DNA of 64,000 nt from Acidimicrobiaceae bacterium (GCA_025464005.1 JAODBO010000159.1:9633-73632); one strand, 5' to 3'. Shown: positions 46,525 through 58,994, numbered from the stretch's first letter. Numbers and translations: made by a program. Notes: a model not told the origin generated them from the sequence alone.

Positions 46525-48980
46525 CCGCCCCGCTCGGAGCGACCTACCGACTGCAGCTCGGACCGTCGATGGACTTCGACGACGCGGCCTTGCTCGTCGA
46601 CTATCTCGCATCGCTCGGGGTCCAGTGCCTCTACTGCTCGCCGGTGACCGAGGCCGTGCCGGGGAGCACCCACGGCTACGACGCCACCGACCCCACGAAG
46701 CTCCGCGTCGAGCTCGGCGGCGCCGGAGCGTTCCGACGCCTCGCCGAGGCATTGGCCGAGGCCGGGCTCGGCTGTCTCGTCGACATCGTGCCCAACCATC
46801 TCTCCACGTGGCCCGAAGGTCCGTGGTGGCGGGAGGTCCTGCGATCGGGTCCCGACTGCGAGCTCGCCGAGGTGTTCGACGTCGACTGGGCCGCCGGCGA
46901 CGCCAAGGTGACACTGCCGGTGCTTGACCGTCCGCTCGCCGCCGCGCTCGCCGCCGGGATGATCACGCCGGGGGTCGCCGCCGACGGAGAGGCGGTGCTC
47001 CGGCTCGGCGCGCTCACCCTTCCCCTGCGAGCCGGTCCGCTACGTCCCGACGACGACCTCCACGACCTGCTCGCCGTGCAGCACTACCGGCTGATCGACT
47101 GGCACGACCGGCGGGACCGGAACTACCGGCGCTTCTTCGACATCGACGGGCTCGTCGGCATCCGCGTCGAGCGACCCGAGGTCTTCGACCGTACGCATGT
47201 TCTCGTGGCCGAGCTGGTGCGCGAGGGGCTCGTCACTGCGCTGCGCGTCGACCACGTCGACGGGCTGGCGGACCCGGCAGGCTACCTTCGCCGCCTCGCG
47301 AGGTTGACGGACGGCCTGCCGATAGTGGTCGAGAAGATCCTCATCGGCGACGAGCGGATTCGTTCATCGTGGCCGGTGACGGGCACGACCGGCTACGAGG
47401 CGATCGACGACATCGGCGGCGCCCTCGTGGACCCCGGCGGGCTCGAGCAGCTCGCGGAGGCGGCCGCGGCCGAGAACGAGCCGACCGTCGAGCTCTGCAC
47501 GGCCGCCACCCGCAGCCTCGTCGCCCGCACCACCTTCACCACCGAGCTCGAGCGAGGCGCCTCCGCGCTCGGGGTCGACCCCGAAGCTCTCGCGGACGTC
47601 ACGACGAGGCTCCCCGTCTACCGGACGTACCTCGACGGCGGCCGCGTCCATCGCGACGATGCAGCGGCGATCGCCGTCGCGACCGCCGGCCGGCCCGAGC
47701 TGCGCCACGTGCTCACGGAACCCGGTCGGATCGCCGGCGCCATCGCGTGGCAACAGGTGTCCGGCGCGGTGATGGCCAAGGGCGTGGAGGACACCGCCTG
47801 GTACCGGCTACCGGGCCGGCTCGCGTTCTGCGAGGTGGGGGGTGACCCGGGCCGATCGCGCGAGGATGGCCCGCGGCGCCTGCACGCCCGAGCGACGGCG
47901 AGGGCCGAAAGTGCTGGCGCCGGGCTCGTCCCGTCGAGCACACACGACACGAAGCGCTCAGGCGACGCCCGAGCGCGCCTGTACGCGCTGAGCGAGCTCG
48001 CAGTGCCGTTCGAGCGCGGGCTCGCTCGCTATCGCTCGCTCATGGCCGCTGAGCTGCGCGAGCCGGTGCGGCCTGCCGGTGGCGACAGTGTGATCGCCCA
48101 GGAGTCGCGCCTGCTCGCCCAGACGGTGCTCGAGGTGCTTCCGGCCGACCCCGGCGCCAACGGCGCGAGCGCTGTCGACGACCGGCTCGCCGAAAGGGTG
48201 CGGGATGCCATGATCAAGGGCGTCCGCGAGGCGAAGCTCCACAGCTCGTGGGACGCTCCCGACGAGCGCTACGAGCGGAGCGTTGCCGCGCTCGTCGAGA
48301 CCTCCATGGCGTCGGGGGCGCGTCTCGTGCGCGAGGCGTTCGGGGAGCTCGTCGACGAGGTCGTGCGCATCGGCGCGACGATCAGCCTCTCGTCAGTCCT
48401 GCTCCGCTCCGCGCTGCCCGGAGCTCCCGACTGCTACCAGGGAGACGAGAGTTGGAACCTCGCGCTCGTCGACCCCGACAATCGACGTCCGGTCGACTTC
48501 GACTACCTCCGCTCGCGTCTCGCCACACTCGCGACAGGCAAAAGACCGTGGTCCCCGCATCCCGGACTCGGCGGCGACCTTCGCGTGAACTGGCGCACGG
48601 GCGAGGTCAAAACGTTCGTCACCGCCGGCTGCCTACACGCCCGCCGCGCGGCACCCGGAGCGCTGTCGCCGACCGCTCTGTACTTCGCCGTCGAAGCGGT
48701 GGGCACGGCAGCGCCCTCGGTCCTGGCCTTCGGGCGGCGAGCGCCAGGGCGGACGGCGGACGAGGAGCCGGGCGTGCTCGCGGTCGCGACCCGGTTGGTG
48801 AGCCGACTGGACGCCGCACCACGCGACCTCCCCGCGGGCGCACGGTCCTTCGGCACCACCGCGCTCGTGCTGCCGATCGGGTCTCCCGGACCGTTCGTGG
48901 ACTTGCTCACGGGGCGCACGGTCAAGGCGAACTCCGGCAACATCGCAGTGGCCGAGGTACTCGAGGAGCTCCCCGTCGCG

Positions 48981-48998
<18 letters not shown>
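46521..48998 (+). CDS. treY: malto-oligosyltrehalose synthase
   Basis: 'ATYRLQL', 'YLASLGVQCLYCSP', 'LVDIVPNH', 'ALRVDHVDGLADP', 'STHDTKRS'. Confidence 0.9.
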
Positions 48999-51122
<2,124 letters not shown>

Positions 51123-51290
51123 CCCGACAGGTTAGGCGGGATGGCTGAGAGTCAGGCCCGCACGCGCGACCAAACCTGCCGGCGAGTCGCGACGCGCTCC
51201 ACAATTATCGCTATGGACGCGCGCCGCGTCACGACGGGGCTCGTGATTTACCGGCCGACGCCCGACTCCGGGCGCCGCCGATGCCAGAGG

Positions 51291-51491
51291 TCAGGCGGGA
51301 CGGACGTTTGCCGCCTGGAGCCCTTTCTGGCCTTCCTGGACCTCGAACTCGACCGCCTGGCCCTCTTCAAGGCTGCGGTACCCGTTCATCTGGATCGCGG
51401 AGTGGTGGACGAACACGTCCGCTCCGTCTGCCTGCGAGATGAAGCCGAAGCCCTTCTCGGCGTTGAACCACTTGACTGTTCCGGTCGCCAC
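51291..51491 (-). CDS. cspA: cold-shock protein (CspA family)
   Basis: '[15 protein letters not shown]' (RNP1) and 'VFVHHSAI' (RNP2). GTG at 51491 gives the canonical 66 aa; the track ORF to 51644 is over-extended. Confidence 0.95.
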   Translation of the reverse strand: MATGTVKWFNAEKGFGFISQADGADVFVHHSAIQMNGYRSLEEGQAVEFEVQEGQKGLQAANVRPA

Positions 51492-51674
51492 TTCGGCGAT
51501 CCCCCTTCTATCGATGGTACAAATACGAGAGGGACCAGCTGCGGGGCTGCCGCCGGGGCCGGGGATACGAGCGAGCTCCCAACTTGCGTGGGGCCCACCG
51601 TGCCTCCGGCTGCCGCCGCCAGCTACGAGCTTGTCTACTCCCATTCGGGACGCTAGCAGCCAATTGCGACCGCG
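51492..51674 (-). promoter_or_regulatory. long cspA upstream region (promoter plus probable 5' UTR)
   Basis: 183-bp non-coding gap upstream of a csp gene. CspA-family mRNAs commonly carry long structured 5' UTRs. No specific motif was verified here. Confidence 0.35.
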
Positions 51675-52274
51675 TCACGGGTTGATTTCGAGCGCCACGC
51701 GCAAGTCGGCTCGGGCGCGCTCGAGCTGCTTTCGCACCGTCGACTCGGCGATGCCGAGCGCCCTGCCCGCTTCCTTCGGGGACATCTCGACCACAAGACA
51801 GAGGACCGCGCAGCTTCGGCGGCCGGTCGGCATCTCCTCGATGACAGCCGACACCGTGCTCTGCAACGAAGCGAGCGCCGCGCTGTCCCCATCGGCCGGG
51901 CCCGATCCGACGATCGTCGCGCCGAGCGCCATTACGTCACCGTCAAAGCTGAGCTCGCGCGACCGGCGGCGAACGAGGCGGAACGCCACCCGAAAGACGT
52001 AACCGGCCGGATTCGAGCCGCGGCGCACCCGTCGCCAGTGGCCAAGAGTTCTGGCAAAGGCCTCCTGGGCGACGTCCTCCGCCCTCGAGCGGCTCGCTCC
52101 CGCGATCTCGAGGCAGCGCACGAGGCGCGGGTAGTGGATCTCGTAGAGCGCGACGAAATCCCGCTCTATCTCGCCGTCCGCCAAAGTCGTCCCGATATCC
52201 CCAGTGTGACTCCGATCGACGCGGACCGCTGGAGCGCTCGCCGTCTCCGACGGCGGGTCAGCGACTACCGCCAC
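51675..52274 (-). CDS. ECF-type RNA polymerase sigma-70 factor
   Basis: Region 2 'FVALYEIHYPRLVRCL..DVAQEAF' and region 4 HTH 'SPKEAGRALGIAESTVRKQLERAR'. Confidence 0.85.
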   Translation of the reverse strand: MAVVADPPSETASAPAVRVDRSHTGDIGTTLADGEIERDFVALYEIHYPRLVRCLEIAGASRSRAEDVAQEAFARTLGHWRRVRRGSNPAGYVFRVAFRLVRRRSRELSFDGDVMALGATIVGSGPADGDSAALASLQSTVSAVIEEMPTGRRSCAVLCLVVEMSPKEAGRALGIAESTVRKQLERARADLRVALEINP

Positions 52275-53466
52275 CGGCCGACTTCGTCGTGGTCGACTGC
52301 GCCGAGCCGTTCGCAGTCCCGGAGCCGACGCTCGGCGACACTCCGTTGGCGTCGGGGCCGACGCATACGGAAGGCACCGCGTACGCGGGCTCGCTCGGCA
52401 CCGTCGTCGTCTCGAGCGAGCCGCCCGCGCCGTCCGTTGCGGTGAGCGCTACCTGCTCGCCCGTAGCGGACAGCTGGGTCGAGGAGGGAAAGGCATCGGC
52501 GAGCACGACCCAGCCGCCAGCCGGCGTCATCGAGTCCGTCGTCCCGTCCGCGAAGCTGGCGTCGACGGTGCCGACCGTCGACGCGACGTGGGCGACGACC
52601 ACCACCATCGGGGCTCCCTCGCTCGTCCCAACGACGCTCGCCTCGACGAGATCGATGCTCGTACCCGAGCTCTCGGCCGAGCCGAGCGGGACCACGACTT
52701 GACCGATCGCCCCGGCGTCCGAGACCTCGACGACGAGCGCCGTGCCGACCCCGCAGGCACCGTTCGAAGGCGGCGTCGTGGTCGTTGTCGTCGTTGGTGC
52801 AGTGGTCGACGTGGGTGCAGCGGTCGTCGTTGGCGCGGTGGTCGTCGTTGGCGCGGTGGTCGGCACCGTTGCGGACCCGGCGGAACTCCCGGCCGATCCG
52901 GCGTTGGCAACGCGCCGCAGCGGCACCGGCTCAATGGGAATGAGCGGCTCGAACGTCGGCGGCGACTCCGACTCGGTGTACGCCCGGATCTCCACGCCCG
53001 CGCTCGAGCGACGGAAGAGGGCGTGCAGCGTGCCGAGCCCCGAGGCGATCCCGCATCCATCGCGGGTGCAGAAGTCCGGTGATGCGATCGCTGCCCCCGC
53101 AGACGCTGACGGCGTGGAGGCGCTCGCTCCACCGGTGGACACCCACGACAGGCCGTGCGGTGCTGCCCCTAGCTTCGCTGCAGTCGAGCGGCCGCTCGGG
53201 GTCGTGGGCATCGGAGCCGAACTGGCGGCCGAGAACCGGTGCGGACCTGCTCCCGCCGCCGTCTTTGCCGGCGTGTTGGAACGCCCGATCCCGCTCAGCG
53301 CGACACCCGCGGCGGCGACTGCGATGACGAGCGACACCGCCGTGACCTGCTTCATTCGACGCTCACGTCGCCGATGGTGGCGGCGCACGATGCCGTCGAG
53401 CGTCTCACGGTCGGCAGCGGGGCCGCCCTCGAGCAGCCGACCGAGCTCCTCGTCCGGCCCGCTCAC
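52258..53466 (-). CDS. single-pass membrane protein with Thr/Pro-rich linker (anti-sigma-like topology)
   Basis: Short cytoplasmic N-terminus, TM helix 'VTAVSLVIAVAAAGVAL', and a large extracytoplasmic domain with 'TTAPTTTTAPTTTAAPTSTTAPTTTTTTTPP'. It overlaps both neighbouring genes. Confidence 0.5.
   Translation of the reverse strand: MSGPDEELGRLLEGGPAADRETLDGIVRRHHRRRERRMKQVTAVSLVIAVAAAGVALSGIGRSNTPAKTAAGAGPHRFSAASSAPMPTTPSGRSTAAKLGAAPHGLSWVSTGGASASTPSASAGAAIASPDFCTRDGCGIASGLGTLHALFRRSSAGVEIRAYTESESPPTFEPLIPIEPVPLRRVANAGSAGSSAGSATVPTTAPTTTTAPTTTAAPTSTTAPTTTTTTTPPSNGACGVGTALVVEVSDAGAIGQVVVPLGSAESSGTSIDLVEASVVGTSEGAPMVVVVAHVASTVGTVDASFADGTTDSMTPAGGWVVLADAFPSSTQLSATGEQVALTATDGAGGSLETTTVPSEPAYAVPSVCVGPDANGVSPSVGSGTANGSAQSTTTKSAGGGSR
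52822..52857. repeat. 18-bp tandem duplication (GGTCGTCGTTGGCGCGGT x2) inside a Thr/Pro-rich linker
   Basis: Read directly from the sequence. It encodes 'TAPTTT' units of the 52258..53466 protein. Confidence 0.85.
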
Positions 53467-54308
53467 GAGCGGCCACTCTTCAGCGAGTAGACGACGCTGA
53501 CCTGGATCGAAAGCTGCTGGCTCCCCGCCTGGATCGGCACGGGGGTCGACGTGCCCGCGCTGGAGCTTGCTGCGAATTTCGTCGGCTCGGTGATCGGAGG
53601 CGTCTGCTGCTCCTCGTCGGTGATGCTGAGCACCGGTCCGAGACTCGTCCCCGCCGCGCTCGCGAACGCCTCGGCCTTGGCCTGCGCCGCCTGCACTGCC
53701 CGAGTCCGAGCCGAGGCGAGCAAGGAGGAGGTGTTGGCAATGGAGAACGTGATCCCGTCGATCTGCACGTCGTTGCCGACTGCGTGGGCACCGGCATCGA
53801 TAACGTCACCGGCCTTACGAAGATTGTGGAGCGTGATCGTGAGCACGTCGCTCGCCTGGTAGCCGGAGACGGCGCCGCTCGAGTCGTAGTTCGCCTGGAG
53901 GCTCAGCCCACTCGTCTGCAGGTCAGCTCGCTTGACCCCTGCTGATCTGAAGACGCCCTCGAGGGCGGCGACCTCCGTGTTGTTCTCGTCGAGCGCCCCG
54001 GTGGCGCTCGAAGCGGTCGTCGAAGCACCCATCTGGATCGTGAGCTCGTCCGGCGTGCCGGTGACCACCCCGGTGCCCGACACCGTCACCTTCGCCCCGT
54101 TCGCGGCGCCGGTGGGAGCTGCGCCTGTCGAGGAGGTGAGCCGGACGACCCGGGTGGCCGCGCCGGCGGAGACCACGAGGCCCTCCGCGAGACCTCCGGC
54201 GAGCACCGCAACGGCCGTGAGGACTGCCACACGGGCTCGGCGCGAACAACGGGGCGCGCGAGGCGTCCCGGGTTCGGTCGGCGCGGGCTTCGGCGGGAGG
54301 ATCGGCAC
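53463..54308 (-). CDS. SIMPL/DUF541 domain secreted protein
   Basis: Signal anchor, then 'VTVSGTGVVTGTPDELTIQMGA', 'GVKRADLQTSGLSLQ', 'GYQASDVLTITL', all typical of SIMPL/DUF541. Confidence 0.7.
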   Translation of the reverse strand: MPILPPKPAPTEPGTPRAPRCSRRARVAVLTAVAVLAGGLAEGLVVSAGAATRVVRLTSSTGAAPTGAANGAKVTVSGTGVVTGTPDELTIQMGASTTASSATGALDENNTEVAALEGVFRSAGVKRADLQTSGLSLQANYDSSGAVSGYQASDVLTITLHNLRKAGDVIDAGAHAVGNDVQIDGITFSIANTSSLLASARTRAVQAAQAKAEAFASAAGTSLGPVLSITDEEQQTPPITEPTKFAASSSAGTSTPVPIQAGSQQLSIQVSVVYSLKSGRS

Positions 54309-54404
54309 GGCTGCCTACTCTCGGTCGGGAGCTTCGCTACCTGCGAGGTCTCCGAATGCGGCCTTCACCAACTACAAAGCCGCCAGGGAGGCATTTCGCG
54401 TACA

Positions 54405-54428
54405 GAAACTTTGTTTCCGAGCTCGGAA
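54405..54428. promoter_or_regulatory. two overlapping palindromes (GAAACTTTGTTTC and the perfect 14-mer TTCCGAGCTCGGAA) in a divergent promoter region
   Basis: Read directly from the sequence. They sit in a lower-GC patch between the SIMPL-operon start (54308) and the DUF4177 start (54481). Confidence 0.3.
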
Positions 54429-54480
54429 GCTACATTCGCCTCGGTGTGGCCCAGTGGGGCCGTGAGCTGAGGGCGCGAGG

Positions 54481-54699
54481 ATGACGAGCTGGCTGTACGA
54501 CACCGTGGTCTGGAACGGCACCTGGAAGGCGGGAGAGGACTGGGCCGAGGACAGGTTCACCGCGGGACTCGTCTCGATGCTCGCGGCCAAGGGCCGCGAG
54601 GGATGGGAGCTCGTCAACTTCTCGCGGGTGGATCACCTCGGCTCGCCCAATCCCGAGCAGGTCGTCTTCGTGTTCAAGAAACCGCTCAACGGGAGATAG
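54481..54699 (+). CDS. DUF4177-like small protein
   Basis: 72 aa; 'LAAKGREGWELVNF' resembles the DUF4177 core. Confidence 0.55.
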   Translation: MTSWLYDTVVWNGTWKAGEDWAEDRFTAGLVSMLAAKGREGWELVNFSRVDHLGSPNPEQVVFVFKKPLNGR

Positions 54700-54733
54700 C
54701 CGGGCACCGCCCGTCACCGCCGCCCGTCTCGGG

Positions 54734-56125
54734 TCAGCGGTGCAGTCTCGGACCTTCCGGGCCGTCCTCGACCTGCCAGCCGAGCTCCTCGATCTTCGTG
54801 CGAATCCGGTCGGCGGCCGCGTAGTCCCGGGCGCGACGCGCCTCCTCGCGATCGCCGGCGAGCGCGAGGAGCTCCGCCCCGGGGACCTCGTCACCGGCCA
54901 GCGGCTCGATCCCGAGAGCTGCAAGAAGCTCGAGCGCTGCGCGCGCCAGCGCCAACGCCCCCGCGCCATCCCCGCTGTCGAGCAGCACGTTGGCGCGTCG
55001 GACGGCCCCGAGCAGGCCGGCGAGCGCTCGGGGCGTCCCCAGATCGTCGTCCATCGCCTCGGCGAAGCGCGACCGCTCCTCGCGCCGGAGCGCGTCGAGA
55101 TTTCGCGCCGCCTCCGGCGTGAGATCCGAGTCGAGGTTCGAGGCGAGACCGCCGGCTCGCCGGGCGAGCTCGTCTACGCGGGTCAGTGCAGCGGCTGCAT
55201 CAGCCAGCGTCGGCTGGCTCACCTCGAGGGGGGAGCGGTAGTGCGAGCGCAGCACGAGCAGCCGGTACGCGCGGGGGTCGGTCGCTTCGAGCAGCCCGGC
55301 GAGCTCGGTGTAGTTGCCGAGCGACTTCGACATCTTCTCCCCCCCCACCATCACGAGGCCGTTGTGGACCCAGTGGCGCGCGAATGTGCGCCCGAGCGCC
55401 ACTGCCTGGGCACGCTCGTTCTCGTGGTGGGGAAAGACCAGGTCGAGGCCCCCGCCGTGCAGGTCGAATCCCTCACCGAGCAGCGCCAACGACATCACGA
55501 CGCACTCGGTGTGCCATCCAGGACGCCCCGGGCCGAACGACGATGGCCAGGTCGGCTCGCCCGGTTTGGCCTTCTTCCAGAGAGCGAAGTCGATCGGCGA
55601 CCGCTTCTCCTCCGTAAAGGCGACACGCTCGCCGGCGCGCAGGCTGTCGAGGCTCTGGTGCGCGAGCAGCCCGTAGCCGTCGACCTGGTCGCAGGCGAGG
55701 TAGACGCCGTCGGACGTCTCATAGGCGACATTCCGACCGACGAGCTCCGCGACCAGCTCGGCCATCTCGGCGACGTACGCGGTGGCGTGGGGCACCTCGG
55801 TCGGCTCGAGCACGCCCATCGCCCGCATCGCGGCCCACCACTGCTGCTCGGCCTCCTGGGCGATGTCCTGCCACTCGCGACCCTCGGCGCGCGCCCGGTC
55901 GATGATCTTGTCGTCGACGTCGGTCACGTTCGACACGTGGCGCACCGCGTAGCCCGAGTACTCGAGGTACCGACGGAGCACGTCGTAGACGAGCGTGAAT
56001 CGCCCGTGGCCGACGTGCGGGGGGCCGTAGACGGTCGGGCCACAGACATAGAGCCCGATCGAGCCCGGATCTCGCGGTGTGATCGGCACGACGCTGCCCG
56101 TCGCTGTGTCGTGCAGGTGGAGCAC
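54734..56125 (-). CDS. cysS: cysteine--tRNA ligase
   Basis: 'LYVCGPTVYGPPHVGHGR' (HIGH), 'GWHTECV', 'KMSKSLGN'. Confidence 0.95.
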   Translation of the reverse strand: MLHLHDTATGSVVPITPRDPGSIGLYVCGPTVYGPPHVGHGRFTLVYDVLRRYLEYSGYAVRHVSNVTDVDDKIIDRARAEGREWQDIAQEAEQQWWAAMRAMGVLEPTEVPHATAYVAEMAELVAELVGRNVAYETSDGVYLACDQVDGYGLLAHQSLDSLRAGERVAFTEEKRSPIDFALWKKAKPGEPTWPSSFGPGRPGWHTECVVMSLALLGEGFDLHGGGLDLVFPHHENERAQAVALGRTFARHWVHNGLVMVGGEKMSKSLGNYTELAGLLEATDPRAYRLLVLRSHYRSPLEVSQPTLADAAAALTRVDELARRAGGLASNLDSDLTPEAARNLDALRREERSRFAEAMDDDLGTPRALAGLLGAVRRANVLLDSGDGAGALALARAALELLAALGIEPLAGDEVPGAELLALAGDREEARRARDYAAADRIRTKIEELGWQVEDGPEGPRLHR

Positions 56126-56145
56126 ACGGGTACCGTACTAGGCCG

Positions 56146-58881
56146 ATGCCCGACAACGACCAGGCCGCAGCCATCACCCACGAGCGTGCCGACACGGACG
56201 CGCCTGGGGCCACCGCGACGGCGGTCGAGTCCCCCGCCGCCCGATCCCGAGCGGGCACGGGCGTGCCCGACAAGCCTGCGCTCGAAGGGCTGGAGGACCG
56301 CTGGGCGCCCCGCTGGGAGCAGTGGGAGACCTACAGGTTCGACCGCAGCCGGCCGCGCGCCGAGGTGTTCTCGATCGACACCCCCCCGCCCACCGTCTCC
56401 GGCTCACTCCACGTGGGCCACGCGTTCTCCTACACCCAGACCGACGTCGTCGCCCGTTACCAGCGCATGCGCGGCAAGGCCGTCTTCTACCCCTTGGGCT
56501 GGGACGACAATGGACTGCCGACCGAGCGGCGCGTCCAGAACTTCTTCGGGGTGCGTTGCGACCCGACCATGGCCTACGACTCGGACTTCACTCCCCCGGC
56601 CCAGCCGCCGAAGGAACCGATCCCGATCTCTCGGCCCAACTTCGTCGAGCTCTGCCGCCAGCTCACGACCGAGGACGAGGGCGTCTACGAAGACCTCTTC
56701 CGCCGGCTCGGTGTCTCGGTCGACTGGACCCAGCGGTACACGACAGTGGGCGCGCCATCCCAGCGGGCCTCGCAGCGATCGTTTCTGAGGCTCGTGCAGC
56801 GAGACCAGGCCTACCGGCAGGAGGCGCCGACCCTCTGGGACGTCGACTTCGGCTCGGCAGTCGCCCAAGCCGAGCTCGAGGATCGCGAGATCCCCGGCGC
56901 GTACCATCGGCTCCGCTTCGCCCGCGCCGACGGCGGGGCCGCCGTCGAGATCGAGACGACGCGCCCGGAGCTGGTGCCTTCGTGCGTGGCGCTCGTCGCC
57001 CACCCCGACGACGAGCGCTACCAGCCGCTGTTCGGGTCGAGTGTCCTCACGCCGCTGTTCGGCGTGGAAGTCCCGGTCGTCGCGCACCCGTTGGCAGATC
57101 CCGAGAAGGGCTCCGGGATCGCGATGGTCTGCACGTTCGGCGACCTCACCGACGTCACGTGGTGGCGCGAGCTACAGCTGCCCACGCGCACCGTGATCGG
57201 ACGGAGGGGCCGGCTCGAGCATGCTCCCTTCGGCGAGCCCGGCTGGGAGTCGGTGGACGTCGAACGTGCGCGCGCCGCGTATGCGCAGCTCGAGGGATCG
57301 ACCGTGCGGCGCGCCCAACGGCGCATCGTCGAGCTGTTCGCCGAATCGGGAGACCTCGTCGGCGAGCCGCGCCTGATCACCCACGCGGTGAAGTTCTACG
57401 AGAAGGGCGAGCGGCCGCTTGAGATCGTCTCCTCCCGGCAGTGGTACGTCCGTACGATGCCCATGCGCGAACGCCTTCTCGAGCTGGGGCGGGAGCTCTC
57501 GTGGCACCCAGAGTTCATGCGCGCCCGCTACGAGTCGTGGGTCGAGGGGCTGAACGGCGACTGGAACATCTCTCGCCAGCGCTTCTTCGGCATCCCCTTC
57601 CCGGTGTGGTACCGGGTCGACGAGCACGGTGCCGTGGACGCCGGGCACCCGATCCTCGCGTCGGAAGACGTCCTGCCGGTCGACCCCTCAGTGGACGTCC
57701 CTCCTGGCTATCGGTCGGAGCAGCGTGGCGTGGCCGGCGGCTTCGTGGGCGATCCGGACGTGATGGACACCTGGGCAACCTCGTCACTCACCCCGCAGAT
57801 CGCAGGTGGTTGGGAGGAGGACCCCGACCTGTTCGCCCGGGTCTTCCCGATGGACCTGCGGCCCCAGGCGCACGAGATCATCCGCACCTGGCTGTTCACG
57901 ACCGTCGTGCGCTCGGAGCTGGAGCACGGCACGCTGCCGTGGCGCGAAGCCGCCATATCGGGCTGGATCCTCGACCCCGACCGGAAGAAGATGTCGAAGT
58001 CCAAGGGCAACGTGGTCGTACCGACCGAGCTGCTCGAGCAGCACGGCACGGACGCCGTCCGCTACTGGGCGTCCTCGGCCCGGCTCGGCGTCGACACCAT
58101 CTTCGACGAACAGCAGATGAAGATCGGCCGCCGTCTGGCGATCAAGATCCTCCAGGCGACGAAGTTCGCGATATCGCGCCTCGAGGGACAGAAGGGCCCC
58201 GAGTCGCGGCCGACGGACGTCATGAGCGACCGCGACCCGCGGGAGGCCATCCACACCGACGGCAACCGGGGCGCGGGAGCAGAGATGCTCACCGGGCTCG
58301 ACGCGTCGATGCTCGCCGGCCTCGCTGCGACGGTCGCCGAAGCGACGACCTCCCTCGACGGCTTCGAGCACGCACGGGCACTCGAGCGCACCGAGCGCTT
58401 CTTCTGGGCCTTCTGCGACGACTATCTCGAGCTCGTCAAGGGACGTGCCTATCGTGACGGTCCCGGCTCGGACTCCGCCCGCCGTGCGCTCGGGCTCGCC
58501 CTCGACGTGATGCTCCGGCTCTTCTCGCCGTACCTGCCCTTCGCCACCGAAGAGGCCTGGTCGTGGTGGCACGACACCTCGGTGCATGTCGCCACGTGGC
58601 CCACGGCGGCCGAGCTCGGCGTTCCCGAAGGTGCTCGCCTCGAGCTCCTCGAGGGCGTCGGCTCGGTGCTCGGCGAGGTACGCCGAGCAAAGACCGTGGC
58701 GAAGCGGTCGATGCGTTGGCCGGTCGAGCTCATCACCGTCTACGGGCCGGCCGCCCAGCTCGAGCTGGTCGAGCTCGGTCAGGGCGACCTCCTCGAGGCG
58801 ACCAACGCCGCCCGGATCGAGCTCGTTCCCGACGAGGGGGAGCCCCGCGTCACCGTCGTGCTGGCGGATGCGCAAGACTGA
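56146..58881 (+). CDS. valS: valine--tRNA ligase (long actinobacterial/archaeal-like type)
   Basis: 'PPPTVSGSLHVGHAFSYTQTD', 'GWDDNGLPTERRVQ', 'KMSKSKGN'. An alternative in-frame GTG start lies at 56263. Confidence 0.93.
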   Translation: MPDNDQAAAITHERADTDAPGATATAVESPAARSRAGTGVPDKPALEGLEDRWAPRWEQWETYRFDRSRPRAEVFSIDTPPPTVSGSLHVGHAFSYTQTDVVARYQRMRGKAVFYPLGWDDNGLPTERRVQNFFGVRCDPTMAYDSDFTPPAQPPKEPIPISRPNFVELCRQLTTEDEGVYEDLFRRLGVSVDWTQRYTTVGAPSQRASQRSFLRLVQRDQAYRQEAPTLWDVDFGSAVAQAELEDREIPGAYHRLRFARADGGAAVEIETTRPELVPSCVALVAHPDDERYQPLFGSSVLTPLFGVEVPVVAHPLADPEKGSGIAMVCTFGDLTDVTWWRELQLPTRTVIGRRGRLEHAPFGEPGWESVDVERARAAYAQLEGSTVRRAQRRIVELFAESGDLVGEPRLITHAVKFYEKGERPLEIVSSRQWYVRTMPMRERLLELGRELSWHPEFMRARYESWVEGLNGDWNISRQRFFGIPFPVWYRVDEHGAVDAGHPILASEDVLPVDPSVDVPPGYRSEQRGVAGGFVGDPDVMDTWATSSLTPQIAGGWEEDPDLFARVFPMDLRPQAHEIIRTWLFTTVVRSELEHGTLPWREAAISGWILDPDRKKMSKSKGNVVVPTELLEQHGTDAVRYWASSARLGVDTIFDEQQMKIGRRLAIKILQATKFAISRLEGQKGPESRPTDVMSDRDPREAIHTDGNRGAGAEMLTGLDASMLAGLAATVAEATTSLDGFEHARALERTERFFWAFCDDYLELVKGRAYRDGPGSDSARRALGLALDVMLRLFSPYLPFATEEAWSWWHDTSVHVATWPTAAELGVPEGARLELLEGVGSVLGEVRRAKTVAKRSMRWPVELITVYGPAAQLELVELGQGDLLEATNAARIELVPDEGEPRVTVVLADAQD

Positions 58882-58994
58882 CCCTTACCGCCAGGCCCGA
58901 CCGGCTGCGCCGCCTTTGACCTAACGCTCGAGGCGAGACGCGTGCCCCTGGTGCCCAGGCTTCGAATCCCCCGCCGACCGAGGAGGTCCCGACG

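Noticed and set aside
51123-51290. Weak hairpin (CGCCCG-GAGT-CGGGCG) downstream of cspA as an intrinsic terminator
   Set aside because: It has a 6-bp stem without a following U-tract. It is not distinguishable from random GC-rich secondary structure.
58961-58980. tRNA-like 'TTCGAATCCCCCGCCGACCG' (T-loop plus 3' acceptor look-alike), possibly an att-site remnant
   Set aside because: The 5 nt preceding TTCGAAT (CAGGC) cannot pair with the following CCCCC. No D or anticodon arm is discernible upstream. A 9-mer match is expected by chance in 128 kb of two-strand sequence, and there is no integrase nearby.
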